Source: the human T2T-CHM13v2.0 reference genome, Homo sapiens
DNA length: 64,000 nt
Assembly (NCBI RefSeq): GCF_009914755.1
Contig: NC_060925.1
Direction: 5' to 3' (one strand)
Shown here: piece after piece, positions 1-15,500 of the stretch
How the letters are laid out: each line of letters starts with the position of its first letter
How positions within the stretch are numbered: the stretch's first letter is position 1
Position numbers and translations under genes: made by a program
Notes under the pieces: model-generated
Told to the model about the DNA's origin: nothing
The model's input: the letters and a program-made list of their open reading frames with translations, nothing else
Databases searched by the model: none

Positions 1-382
1 CACATCTGTCCCATGCTTCCCTTGGTCTCAAGAATGCAGTCAATGGCATAAAGCTGAGTACAGCTAAGCTCCCATGAGTGGTACAATTCCTGCTGCCACA
101 CATGGGCAGGAACACTGGATCATATGGGATTGTGCCCCGCCTGGCACAGCTCCCCTAATCCAGAGGACGTTCACCTCGTGCTCCTCAGGTTTCCAGAGGT
201 CCAGCTGCCTCTGTTGCTCTGTCCTTCTGATTTGTACTCTCCAGCCATCATAAAAGTGCTCACTGTCTAGGTCCATGTAAACATACTCTTGACATTTCTT
301 CTTTCCAGGTCAGCTGTCTTCTCACTAGGTTCTCTCCTTTCTTTTTTCTTACCCCTCCCTGCCTTATTATTTTTGACCTTTT

Positions 383-575
383 CCATATGCCAGGCAGCAT
401 GCTAAGCACCTTACGCTAATTGTCTCATTGATTTTCACATCAGCTCTATGGCATAGGAACCATTATCACCACTATTTCCCTTATGAAAAGATTGAGGCTC
501 CAAGAGTTCACATAACCTCTTCATGGCCGCACACTTGGTTAGAATCAGGATTAAACCTGGGTTCTCGTCCCAAAG
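383..575 (-). mobile_element. MIR SINE
   Basis: Matches reverse complement of MIR core (tgccaggca...ctaagcac...tctcatt...tgaggctc...aacctgggtt). Confidence 0.8.
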
Positions 576-742
576 CTATACTCTCTCTCTTCACACCCTT
601 CACTTGTTGCCTAGTTTTGCATCCTGTGGCAACTTCCTGCTAGAATGTTCCTTATCTCTATATGGCTGGTCTAGATGTTATCAGCATTTTCTTCAAAATT
701 ACCACCTTCATCCTCAGCTTTCATCTTCCTTTTTCTCTAGGG

Positions 743-948
743 CAATACAGTTCAGTAGAACTTTCTGTAATGATGAGAATGTTCTCTGCACTGTCCACTA
801 TGGTTGCCAGGAGACATATGTGGCTTTTGTGCATTTGATATGTGGCTAGTATGACTGAGAAATTGCATGTTCAATTTTATTTCATTGTAATTAACTTAAA
901 CTTAAATAACCAGACACGGGTAGTGGCTTCTGTATTGGACGGCACACT
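743..948 (+). mobile_element. MER3 (hAT-Charlie non-autonomous DNA transposon)
   Basis: tagaactttctgtaatgatg...tgtggctagtatgactgag...tagtggcttctgtattggac follows the recalled MER3 consensus over ~205 bp. Confidence 0.85.
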
Positions 949-1691
949 CTAGGGTCTTATCTTAGTGCAGTTTGTTATTGGAGGGAGAATAAGTGGCAGG
1001 AGGTAGTGAAAGGTAGATGGGGAGAAAGGCAGCTTGAGGAAGCCACAGAACTCTTTGTTCATGAATATGGACCCAAGACTAAGCTTCTCAGAAGGACCAA
1101 TTATTTAATGAGGTCCAGATTCCTGGTCCAAGATTCTTTCCTGGACCTCTGCCTTCCAATCACCAAATTCCTGGTGATGTCATCAAGCATGCCAGGCTGT
1201 AGGAATTATGTTGAGGCTCTTCAGAGAGGCAGCCTTCCTGAGCAACATGCAGAGTGAAATGTGCTCATTTCAGGGTAGGGCAAGTGTGAGAAGTCTTACT
1301 GAAGCAAGAGTTTCTTGCTGCTAAAATCAATACTTAGTAAAAATGACCTTTGGCCTGTAGCTGCAATTGCATAGAGCTTCCCCCTTCAAGATTTCTAGAA
1401 TTGCAGATTGAAAAACCCACAGCAATGGTTCCAAAAACTGAAATGCCATTTTTTTTTCTATTAAACCATGTAGCCTCTAGGACTTTCACACAAAGCAATC
1501 TTAGAAGTGGTTACTTAGTGAATTTGACTGTAGTGAGCCTTCAAATGTTAATAAATTTCTATTTGAAAATTATGCCCATTTCTGGAAGCCAAAATTCATT
1601 CTTTTACTTACTTATTCATTCATTCATCCATCCACAAACATTTTCTGAGTACATGGGAATTCTAAAATGCAGGTGGGGGAGAGGCATTTAA

Positions 1692-2013
<322 letters not shown>

Positions 2014-2754
2014 CCATCATACTTTTATTATGGAACTTAATACACTGAAATGTATTTCTTCCCATATCGCCTTCTGTCTCTAGGTTGGCAGTCCTGGAGG
2101 TCTAGGACACCATCTTATTGACTACTGTGTTCTTGGCCCCTAGAACACTGCCTGGCACACAGTGGGAGTTTATTAAATATTCCCTGAAGGGACACAAAAC
2201 CACAGAAATGTGCTCCTAGGCTAGGTCCAGGGTCACCACAGCCCAGCAGTCTGTCTCTAACATGGGAGTCCTTCAGAACATAAGCTTCAAAATCCCTGAG
2301 GAATCTGAAGCAACTTACCCTGAGATCAGCCTTCATGAATTCATCAAATCCCTCTTGGCTTTACTTGTATTTTCAGCCTCCAGTGTGAAGGGATAAAAAT
2401 TCTTTTAACATACTAATCACAACTAAGACCGCCTTTCTTTTTTTTTTTTCAGATGTCCTAAAACTTCATATAGTTCAAAGGTTATCCTGTACCTACTTCT
2501 AGCAACACAATATTTAAATGAAGATTTATAAATTAATTAAAAACCTAAAAAAGATGATAATAGTCTCATCCGTGACTTTCGCAGTTTTGTAAGCTTCTGT
2601 CATATCCATTTTCAACTCCTGCCTTTACAGACCAGAAAGATTTCTCAGGAAAAGCATTTTTTTTGAAAATAAAATCTCCCATTCCATCTGTTTATCATCT
2701 CTGCATACTCTCCTCTGGGTACCTTTCCTAAGGGTCAGTGACAAAACCTGTACA

Positions 2755-2850
2755 GAATATTCATTCATTTATTATTTACTTGAACACTCATTCAACAATA
2801 TTTATTGCATGCCTACCATGTGCCAGGCACTGCAATTTTGTATTAGGCAA
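2755..2850 (-). mobile_element. L2 3' end fragment
   Basis: attcattcat...ttcaacaatatttattg...tgtgccaggcactg, the typical L2 tail in reverse. Confidence 0.7.
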
Positions 2851-3129
2851 AAATGGAATAAAATTACAAACCAGGAACACCTCCTTGTTCTTCCCCCCTG
2901 CTATTCTTCCTGGCTCAACTTCTAGAGCAAACACTGATGTCTGGCAGTTCATCACCCCTTGTGTTTACCTACTTTCTTTTCTTGTTTCTTTTTTTGTTTT
3001 GAACAGTTAATTATCTTTTAGAAATGTTTTCTTAACTTTTCACAAAGTAAAATTGTCTTTTTTCCCTGGAAAGGTTGTAAGTTCCTAGGAAAGATGACAG
3101 AAACAAAGATTGCCTTGGAGATTTTCATC

Positions 3130-3265
3130 TACCCCTTTGCAGTAGGCAGGACCATTTTAAAGGTGAGGAAAAGGAGGTTCTGGAGAGATCAACTCAGCTG
3201 CCCAAGATCTCTCAGCTGATTGATGATGGGGCTGGGATTCTTACTGAACATGCCTGGTTCTAAGC
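3130..3265 (-). mobile_element. MIR fragment
   Basis: ccattttaaaggtgaggaaa...ctgcccaagatctctcagct...gctgggattc. Confidence 0.6.
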
Positions 3266-4249
3266 TACCAGAACTGCCAAATCACCAGCCTGCCTCTTAG
3301 GGTGCCAGAGCTGGTGGCTCACACTTACTTGAGTACCCCAGAGAGCTGAGCTCAGAGCTGGCCCACAGCAGACACTCGAAACTATTTATGGACTTGACTT
3401 GATTTAAATAAATGCAGACGGTTTGGCTGACGCAAGGCAATTAACCTGACAGCACTTCTTCCCTCACGTTATAGACAGATGGTGGCTCTTCAGGAGAAAT
3501 GTGAAGACCTGGAGTGTTGTGAATCATTATCTCTTCCTCTCCCCAGCTAACCGAGATAAAAGCTGTAGGCTTGGCCTTGACGTTGCCCTTTTTCAATTTC
3601 TGTCAGAACAAGCCACAAACCTTAATGCGTTTGAGTAGCGCTCAGCCAGCTTGCAATTATTTGTGGTGACAGGGAGCAAGGATGGCATCCACCAACCCTG
3701 CCAAGTTTACTTTGGGCCACAAATGTCAGCGTCTCTCCCCTGCCCTTCCAGCAGAGGTTTGCGAGCTGCAGGGTGTTGGAAGGGCCCAGAACAGTTTGCA
3801 GGAGTGAGAGTGCAAGATGCCACCAGGAGTGAGTGGTCTCAGAAGGAGCCAAGAGCTAGCTCCCTATGTCTTAACACACTCTAAAAACACAATGGCTATT
3901 TAAATGCTCCTTTGGTGTTGAAAAATGATTCTAACAAAAGATCTTTTGCACTTTTCTAATTTTGCACCATGTGTATGTATTACTTATTCAAAAATAAATG
4001 AACTTTAAAAGAAGATCTGCATATTCTCACATCCAAAGCCTAAAATAGCAATAGCATACAGTTGATGTCACAGCACTGGCCTGAAGTCAGCGGAACTGGG
4101 TATTATTAGTTTCTACTTTGCCACTAATATTGTTTGTAAAACACCAATTTCTCTGCTCAAAACCCACTGAAGCTCAATCACCTACAAGATAAATTCAAAC
4201 TCATTAGCTTGGCCTGTGAGATCAAGGGTGATCTGACTCTTATCTCTCT

Positions 4250-4690
4250 GTCTTAGCATAGATTTCCCCAAAACCAGGCCCTAAAAGGATTTGGTTTCAA
4301 GTACTGCAAGATCACTTGAGGGAGCTGATCCCCAGAGTGTGGTAAGGTAGAGGGGACGTTGAGACAACCAAGAGGAATGCCGAGAAAGGGTGCCTCATGA
4401 GCAGGTGACCACCATAGGAAACTTGGGTTCAATCTCCCACAGCGCCTTGGAGAATCTGTGTAGAACACACCTTGAAATTATCTAAGGGAAAGGAACTTGT
4501 GGGATTTGTCCATTAGCTCCCCTCCTCATTGGCTGAGGGCTGACTGGAGGGCATCCACTCTGATCTTCTAGTCTGCTTTATGCAGGAGATGGACATGCTC
4601 TCAGGAGCAGAGCATGCACTCAGGCAGGGAGATGCAGGTGCACGAGTGGTGAAGCTGTAGATGGGCTCGGTAGATACAGACTGAGGCCAC
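4250..4690 (-). mobile_element. ERVL solo LTR, LTR16 family (LTR16C-like)
   Basis: ttccccaaaaccaggccct...gagctgatcccc...gtagaacacacct...cattggctgagggctg resembles the reverse-complemented LTR16 consensus. Confidence 0.65.
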
Positions 4691-4699
4691 AACACTTTG

Positions 4700-5127
4700 C
4701 AGTTCTATCAACAGGTGGAATCAATTTCTCTACTCCTTGAATGTGGGCTGGCCTTTTGATGAACAGAACGCAGAGGTTACAAGGTTGTAGAGGTTCTTAG
4801 CTAGAACTCAAGAAACCGCACAGTATCTACTTATACTCTTAGATCTGTGCTGCTGCCATGTGAATAAGGCCAGGCTAGGCTGCTGAAGGATGAGAGACCT
4901 CATGGAGCAGAGATGAGTCATCCTAGCTGAGTAACCCCAGATCAACCAGTCCCCAGCCAACCTGCTACTTGATCACAGACACATGAGTGAACCCAGCCCA
5001 GCCCAGAAGGAGGCCCAGCTGAGCCCAGCCAAAATTGCTGAGTTTGTAATTGTGAATTAAATAAATTGTTGTTGCCTTGAACAACTAAATTTGGGGGCAG
5101 TTTTTTAAGCAGCAAAAGTTAGTTGAT
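4700..5127 (+). mobile_element. MaLR solo LTR (MLT1H-like)
   Basis: ccttgaatgtgggctggcc...cacagacacatgagtgaacccagc...cccagctgagcccagcc...aataaa...aaatttggggg...gcagcaa. Confidence 0.75.
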
Positions 5128-5175
5128 TTTGCATTTAGGCCAAGGGCTACATGGAAGTAAGAATTGGAGATAAGA

Positions 5176-5470
5176 GGCTGGGCGCAGTGGCTCACGCCTG
5201 TAATCCCAGCACTTTGGGAGGTCGAGGTAGGCGGATTGCCTGAGGTCAGGAGTTTGAGACCATCCTGGCCAACATGGTGAAACCCCATCTCTACTAAAAA
5301 TACAAAAAAAATTAGCTGGGCATGGTGGCATGTGCCTGTAATCTCAGCTACTCAGGAAGCTGAGGTAGTGGAATTGCTTGAACCAGGGAGGTGGAGGTTG
5401 CAGTGAGCCGAGATCGTGCCGCTGTACTCCAGCCTGCACGAGACTCCACCTCAAAAAAAAAAAAAAAAAA
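5176..5470 (+). mobile_element. AluS (Sx/Sq-like)
   Basis: Full Alu with A tail; TSD GAATTGGAGATAAGA at 5161-5175 and 5471-5485. Confidence 0.97.
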
Positions 5471-6166
5471 GAATTGGAGATAAGAGAACTGTGCGCAACC
5501 AGATTCCTGTCTTCAGGTGACAGGATGGTTTCCTTTGCAGGGTTGTTATTGGGGCTGCTCATTGTGGAAAATTGCGTAAGAGTCTGAGAGTGTGGCCTGC
5601 GTTTTTGGAGGGGTCTAAGCTTAATATTAAAAACAAAATCAAAGCAATTGCAAATCTCTTTTATTTATGGTGGCAGAGGGTTGAACTTTTTGTCTGTTCA
5701 TTTGCAGATTACTCTAAAAAGACAGGGAAGCCTAAAGTTCACTTCACTTGGTTGTTACTTGGTTCTGTTTGTCACATTTAATATTTCCAAGTGTCTAAAG
5801 ACTTTCTCTGGAAACTTCCTGCGTTCACAGCTCTTAAAATAAAATAATAAATTTAAACATACTCCTGCATTCTTGTAGCAGATGTTGAATTCCAATCAGA
5901 GGATGAGGAGAAGTTTCATGACAAAGGACATGTCATTTGGCCTGAGTCTGGTAAAATAAATGGAATTTGGGCAGGTAGAAAATGAAGGAAGATAGAAGTA
6001 GTTTTCTAAACTTTGATACATATGATCAGACTCTCCCTAGAAAGACTGAAACCACTAGACCCCAAAGATGAAGGTAGAATGCGTACTAATGCAGCAGGGT
6101 GAGAAAGCGCTGGCATGTGGTGCAGAGGGAGGCTGCAGTGTGAGGAGCGATGCTGGGCCAGGACAC

Positions 6167-6882
<716 letters not shown>

Positions 6883-6984
6883 TAAACCCCACTCTCATCT
6901 CCAGGTTCTCATAGAGCCCACTACTCTGGAAGGTCCAGCTGGGACCCTGCCATTAGCAAATGGTTGATGCTCCATGTTGTATGA

Positions 6985-7374
<390 letters not shown>

Positions 7375-7632
7375 TCTATATTTAAACTTTCAATGTGGAA
7401 ATGCAGGCACATAATTAGTTTAACGAGCTAAGCACTGGTGATAAATGCTGAACTGCAGTGGAGAAGTCCTTTGAACCTGTACATAGACAATCAGCAAGTG
7501 TTTCATGATGTTCATGTTTATGGCAATTCTGATGGAGAGAGAATCTCTGATCCTTCTGGGAAGAGGAATTGGGTCCCTTGATGCATGAAGATTTGAATGT
7601 TCACTTATGATTTGCTCAAAGTTGAATTTTAC

Positions 7633-7754
7633 AATTTTTTATTTTAGAGACAGAATCTCATTATGTTGCCCAAGCTGGAGTGCGGTGGCTATATTCACAG
7701 GTACAATCATAGTGCACTATTGCCTTGAACTTCTGGGCTCATGTAATTTTCCTG
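7633..7754 (-). mobile_element. FAM / 7SL-derived fossil Alu monomer fragment
   Basis: gctggagtgcggtggctatattcacaggtacaatcatagtgcact retains the 7SL-type segment absent from dimeric Alus. Confidence 0.75.
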
Positions 7755-9124
7755 GGCACTGGTATGTTGTAGAATAAACCCGTGGGTCTTTCTTATAAAA
7801 ATCCTCAGTCAAGCAAGGGACTGGGATTTGTGAAGCTCTCAAAGAAATGAGGTGGTGGCTGCCAGCTGGCTATGCCTCACTTCCTTGGGAAGGCCTCTCC
7901 TTCCACCTGTTTCTCCCCTGAAGTTCCACAGGGTTTTAGGATGCTCTGGGTTGCCTGGGGCCTCAGCTCTGTGGACGTGCAGCTTCCCCTGCACATTGCA
8001 TCTCTGAATGAAGGCTTCCTCTGGAGGCTTTAAGAAAAAAGTGTTAAGACAAAGAGGGCAAGTTGAAATTGTGAGATACTGCAGAAAGAAAGATCCTGGA
8101 CTCTGGAGGCTGGTGCCACTCTTTCCTGGCTGTGTGCTCTTGGGCAAAACAGGACCTAACTTTGGAGTATCCTTCTTCACTGCTGATACAGGGGCCTGCA
8201 GGAGCATTCAGTAGAGGGGCTTCTGCCTCCAGACCCTGGTCTCTCTGAACAGTGGTGCCTTACATGGCCACTCGCCTTCCCAGACCACAGCGCCTGATGG
8301 AGACCCGAAGTTGGGTCGATGCTCCGGTGCTGCGACTGCCTCCTCCACAGGCCAAGACTTAAAACTCCTACTGCCTTTGTTCCTTGTGTGTTTGTTTTTT
8401 CCTAATAAAAACTCAGAATCACTTTTATTAAAATAAATGAACAACTACAAACAAAAGGTAGAAAGGAGGAGGATGCTCCCCGGAGCCAGAGGAACACAGA
8501 CCCACCCGCCCCTACACACCCTGGGCCTGAGGGCCTGGCCCTTTGGCCTTCCTTGTGTCTTTTTCTCACTTGTGGGGAGGGGAGAAGAATGAAGAAGCTG
8601 CCGGAACTCCCAGGCCCTGCGCTCTCATGGTGTCTGCCTGCCCTGCCATTAGCAGGGCAGGAGGTGGCTGGAGTGGAGCAGGGTTGGGAGTGCATCAGGG
8701 TGTCGGGCAGCAGGGCTAGCCTGAGCCAGCTCCGCAGGTGCTTCTGGCTGAGGCGAGGCTGACCCTGGGAGCACCGCTGGAATAGTGGCCACTGGTAGCG
8801 GCTAGATTGGCAGCTCTGGGCACTTTAGAAGTTCAGGGATGCCTCAGACTGGAAGGGTGGCATCTAGGTGGGGCAGGAAGGAAGGGTAGGAAAGGTTCCT
8901 CTGAAGTCAGCATGGCAGGGATTAGTAGTAGCTGGGAGGGGACAGTTACTCAGTTCCTGCCATGCCCTGCAGACTGGAGCCCAGGGCCCAGTGGCTCAGA
9001 ATCCTTGGGAACAGAATCCTCAAGAACAACATCTTGAGCCTGGAGGAATACAGCAGTGGTTTGCCCAGGTTGTCCCCTCTGCCCAGAGAGTTCACCTCTA
9101 CTTTGTCAACCCAGAAGAATCCTG

Positions 9125-9330
9125 GCATCCCTTAGGATCTAACTCAAATGTCCCCTCCCCTGGGAAGCCCTCCCTGACTGCATGCAGGAAGCATTCCTCT
9201 CTAAGCACACATGACTTTGTATTGTTATTCTCCTGGGAATGCGACGGAACTTTTCCTAGAGATACAGGCCCCAGTGGCCAGGAGACCTCTAGAACAGACT
9301 GGAACCCTTGGTAAATGTTTGCTGACCTAA
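9125..9330 (+). mobile_element. L2 fragment
   Basis: ctcaaatgtcccctcccctgggaagccctccctgac...gtaaatgtttgctga. Confidence 0.65.
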
Positions 9331-9504
9331 GTATGGTGGAGAATGCTTGAGGCACATCTTCTATCTGTGCTCCAAGAAGGAGAACGACCCCTCACCAAGC
9401 CCATTCTCGTGGCCTCCACTTAGGAACTGATGCCTCTCACCGATTCCAATGGGAGCTGTTCTTTCTGAGCCTTTAAGTTCTGCCACTGCTCACCTCCTGA
9501 GAGG

Positions 9505-9725
9505 CCATGTGACAAAGTAGGGGAGGTGGCCTCTGGAGCAAGGGTTCCTCAGGTCCGAATTCTGTTTCCACCACCTACTAGCCATATGGCTCTGGCCAGG
9601 TTAGGAGATTGCCAGAGTGCCTACTGGCTATGAGGACTAAAGGAGTTACCATATGCAGGAGCACTTAGATCAGTGGCTGGTGCATCACAAGTGCTCAGTA
9701 ATGACAACTATTATTATTATTATTG
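9505..9725 (+). mobile_element. MIR SINE
   Basis: ctctggagc...ccaccacctactagcc...gcacttag...gtgctcagtaa, followed by an (ATT)n tail. Confidence 0.7.
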
Positions 9726-12700
9726 TCTCCCCAAATCACAGAAGCAGACCTCCACACTGTCTCAGGGACTGTCCTGAGTGCATAGGGAGACAATGGGTGT
9801 GTGGGGACTGGCCATCCTGCAGCTCTCCACAGTCTCGGCCAGGTCCCATGGGGGAGGGGCGGCCATGGCCGGTGGCTAAGGACAGGCCTATGGAAGGGAG
9901 GGCCTGGGGGTGACCTGGCTCCCGGTACCGGATCCCATGCACTCATAAGCCTCTCCAGAACTCCCGAGTGAGGGCCTCCTAGAGCTCAGGCCTGCCTTTC
10001 TGTTTTTGGCTTCTTGGCCTTTACTGCGTCCTTGGGGACAGGCTACTATTTTAGGTAGCAGTCAAAATAAAACTGAGATTAACCCAGAATTCTTGGCAGT
10101 CAAACAATACCATAATTATGTGCTTTTTAACTTCAGAAATCAGATAGCCACAGCTGACCCGCCACGGTCCATGGGGTGCCCTGGGGATACTAAGGCCTCC
10201 ATCCTGCGCTGGGTCACCTCTGCACACTCTAAGCCGCAGGCAGCCACTAGAGGACTGTGGGGCTCTGAGGGACGCTATTTCTCCTCCTGGGAGCCATTGT
10301 CTGAACAACAATACAACTTGCTTTCACACGAGACGTTGCCAGGTTGGAAGGGTGACTTATTACTTTCTATATCATAAATCCTCTTGCCTAAGTCCCAGTC
10401 CCAGGGACTGGTGGGCTGTGAGGGAACAGAGGAGGCTTGTGTTCCGGGCTGGGCTCTCAGGGCAGGAAATCACCCGGAGGAATATGTTTGTGCTTTGATT
10501 GCTGACAAGGGCCGCAGACCCTCTAGTCAGGCGAACAGGCCCCTTCCTCTTTGCAGGAGCCAAGGGGGAGGGGAGGGAATTAGTCACACACAAGAGCGAC
10601 AGGATTAGGCCCCTGAGAGTAAAATCCTTCACTCTAACCCAGAAAGAGGAAAAAAGAATGGGAGATTCAAATAGATGGGGGTTGAGATGATGTCAGTAAA
10701 GGTCACCGCCTGAAGAACAAAGAAGCAGCCGTGATTAGAGGCTTGGGCAGACCTCTAAGCTCTCAGGCAAGACCTCAAAATGCCTGGAAGAAAGAAAGGA
10801 ACCAATAGACCCCAGCTCCAGAGGCAGTCCCAGAGGTGTAGCTGGAAAAAAACAATTTTCCCTGAAACACTGACTTGGCCCCAGGAATAAGGTCCTTCTG
10901 GAAACCTGATGCTCCTAGCAGGGGTACACATCTTAGCAAGGAAAGTGGTTTGCAGGGAGATTTGAAATAGAAACACACACTCCAGTGTCCTCTGGCCGAG
11001 CTGCCCTGTTGGCATGGAGGCAAACAGATACCCTGCATGGTGACAGGCTTGCATTCCTTTAGGGAAAGGCCATCTGGGCGTGGACACCCAGCATTCAAAG
11101 GAGCGATGTGCTGGAATGGTCTGGCTGCTCCCTCCACACCACGATGGAAGCTGCTTTTGCTGATGACTGTAGCTGCGCACTGTGCCCCTCTCAACCTTCA
11201 GCATCCTCCATTGACTCCTCGCTCCAGGGTCCTCAGGCCCAGTCTTTTCCACCAGCTCCCTGGGAGAGTCTCCTGGGAAGAGCACATTTCTTTAAGGATG
11301 GATTCTGACTTTCCACTTGGTTTTAGTTTGTTTGATTTCCACCCCCTCAATGCCTTTATTAAATGTCTTTCTCTGCCACAGGAGCCTCAGGAACAACAAG
11401 ACTTGGGAGGTTGTTCTTGAGGACTGAATGATCCTGAGACATGAACCTTGTCTCAGAGACAGGACCTTGAATTTGATCTAGGAGGCAGGCAAAGGAAAAA
11501 GAGGCTGTGATAACCACTGAAGGAGGCCAGGAGTTTTATACAGCTGGGACTGGAATGCAGGGCCTCTCGGCAGTTCTCTTGGTAAAGGCGGATGGGTTTT
11601 CATGCTAGAAGGGCTACCCTGCTCTTATTTTCCCATCCTGTGTGGTCTCTAATTACAAGGAGATGTCGAATTCCATTATGAAAGAGAAGCCACTTGGCCA
11701 CCTCCCTCTGGGGACCTCATAGCAGTGCCTTTGTCTCTGCAGACCTGGAAGAAATGAACTGATCCTCTGTCCAGGCCAGTAGGAGCTTTTGATGAACAGG
11801 TTGGGGGGCAACAAAGTGATTAAGTAGGGCTGAGCACTAATCCCACTGAGCTGCAGCCTGTGCTTGGGCAGCTTAGCCAAAGTGAAAACAAGGGGAGCCA
11901 CAGAGGGGAGCCCCACAGAGGGGAACCGAGGCCCCCAGAGTTAGGATGCCAGCGCTGGTGGCTGGGGGGTCCATGTCCAGCCTCTCAGGTGGGGACATTG
12001 GTAAAGAAAGGGCCACCATCACACCAGTCCCATTGTGAATGGACTTCCGAAAGGCTGCGTCCATTACTGGCCTGCAGTGCCTTCCTGGTCTGTTTCTGCT
12101 GCTGGGGCAGCCCTATCTTTGGGCCTTCATACACAGGAGCCCTTGTTTGTTGGACTGTTATAACTCCCAAGGAATAGACGCCACCAAATTTGTACATGTA
12201 AGTGGTGCCTGCAGAGTTCAGAAAGCTGCCGTAGATTCTTTCTTGTGCAAGGGGGTGCATCAAAGGATCACACTGCAGAAAATGCCCGCTTCCTGCAGCA
12301 CTGTGAGCCTGTGTCTACAGGGATGACCGGCTGTCCAGTCTGAGCTACCTGGCTCCCCTCCTGCCACCCAGCCTGGTGTCCAAGGACTCTCATCTGGGAA
12401 AGGTCCCATCTAGTGGGCCTTGGAGAGGTGGGCCCCTTCTCTGGATGGGCCACAGGAGAGGGAGGTGCTGGAGAAGATGGCGGGAAGCCGATGCAATGTC
12501 CTTACTACCCCTGACCTGCCACTGGTATCTGAATAGGATGGGGCTGGTGGAGGTGTCCTCAAGGGTTTCTCTCCACTTCCACCCACCAACCCATAAAGAC
12601 CTCTGAGTGCATTAGCCCTCTAAACCATTCTTAGCTGAAACCCCAGGAAGGGGTTTCAGTACTTGAAACTGCCTGACGGAAGGGTCCAAGGGAACTGATG

Positions 12701-12759
12701 AGTGAGGGAAATGCTGTGAGCACCTGTGGGGTAAGTTGCACCAGCCAAGAGCCTCTGTC

Positions 12760-12997
12760 CCTCTTACCTACTTCTCCTCACCCTGCTCTGCTTTGTCTTT
12801 CGTAGCCCACAGCACTCGTCGCTTCCCACTACACTTCTACGTAGTTCACCTCCTTCTCTTCATTGTCTATGTCCCACTCATGTGTAAGCTCACAGAGGCA
12901 GAGACCCCGTCTCCTTTATTCAGCAATACATCCCAAGCACATATAATATTTCCTGGCACCAGTAGGCACTCAAAAATATATACTGAATGAATAAATT
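12760..12997 (+). mobile_element. L2 3' end
   Basis: tgtaagctc...gaggcagagacc...cctggcaccagtaggcactcaaaaatat...tgaatgaataaa. Confidence 0.75.
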
Positions 12998-13099
12998 TCA
13001 TGTGGGATGTGGATGCATGATGGTATGTGAAATATTATAAGATTAGACTTCCAGAAATAAGCATTACATAGGGACTGTGAGGGCCTTAAAATGGCCCAG

Positions 13100-14870
<1,771 letters not shown>

Positions 14871-15500
14871 TGGTCTTAATCTGTGGAACTATGGTCCTAA
14901 AGTGGGGATGCTTTCCTGCAGAGGGAGTTTGCATTTGCTTCTGTCTAGATCCAGATGATGCATTAATTTGGAACCACATAAGCCCCTTAAGAGGTCCCTG
15001 GATTTAATGTGGCAGCCTTACCTTACCTCTAGCCCAAGGCTTTTTCTTCTGGACTAGCTCCTAGATAGGCACTTACTCTCAGGTCAACTTTCACTCTTGG
15101 TTATTTACTGCTTTACCCAGGTTTAGTTTCAACTCTTGAATTTGGGTCAGAAAAGACTGGGAGAGAACTTAGGGATTCACCATACTTCTTGTAAGCTCGG
15201 CAATGTATTAAAAACTGGACTTTATTCAAGAATTTGGGATCCAGTCATTTTGTAATGGGAGAGTCCTTCAGCCTATCTGTGGCCATTACCTCTTGCCCTC
15301 CACTCACGAGGCAGGTACCTTTTAATCCAGACTGCACACTTTAGGTCAAACCATCAACTCTAAAAAATTACCATTACAGAAGTTATACATGCCTTCTGTA
15401 CAAAATTTGGAATAAACAAAATAGTACAAAGAAGAAAATTAAAGTTACCTATAAATCCCATTCCCACCCTGGGATATAATCACTTTAATATGTTGGTGTA

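Noticed and set aside
7633-7754. Possible 7SL RNA gene
   Set aside because: Short, diverged and A-tailed; fits a FAM/7SL-derived retroposed fragment rather than a functional RNA.
9921-9936. CCGGTACCGGATCC (adjacent KpnI and BamHI sites) suggesting a cloning linker
   Set aside because: No other vector sequence nearby; short GC-rich palindromes are expected by chance.
11891-11940. Short GGGGAGCC(CC)ACAGA tandem repeat; also 10-12-bp slippage repeats at ~18875 and ~62694
   Set aside because: Only 2-3 degenerate units; ordinary slippage, with no repeat-spacer (CRISPR-like) organisation.
12635-12659. 10-bp-stem hairpin CTGAAACCCC/GGGGTTTCAG
   Set aside because: A stem of this length is plausible by chance in 64 kb; no supporting context.
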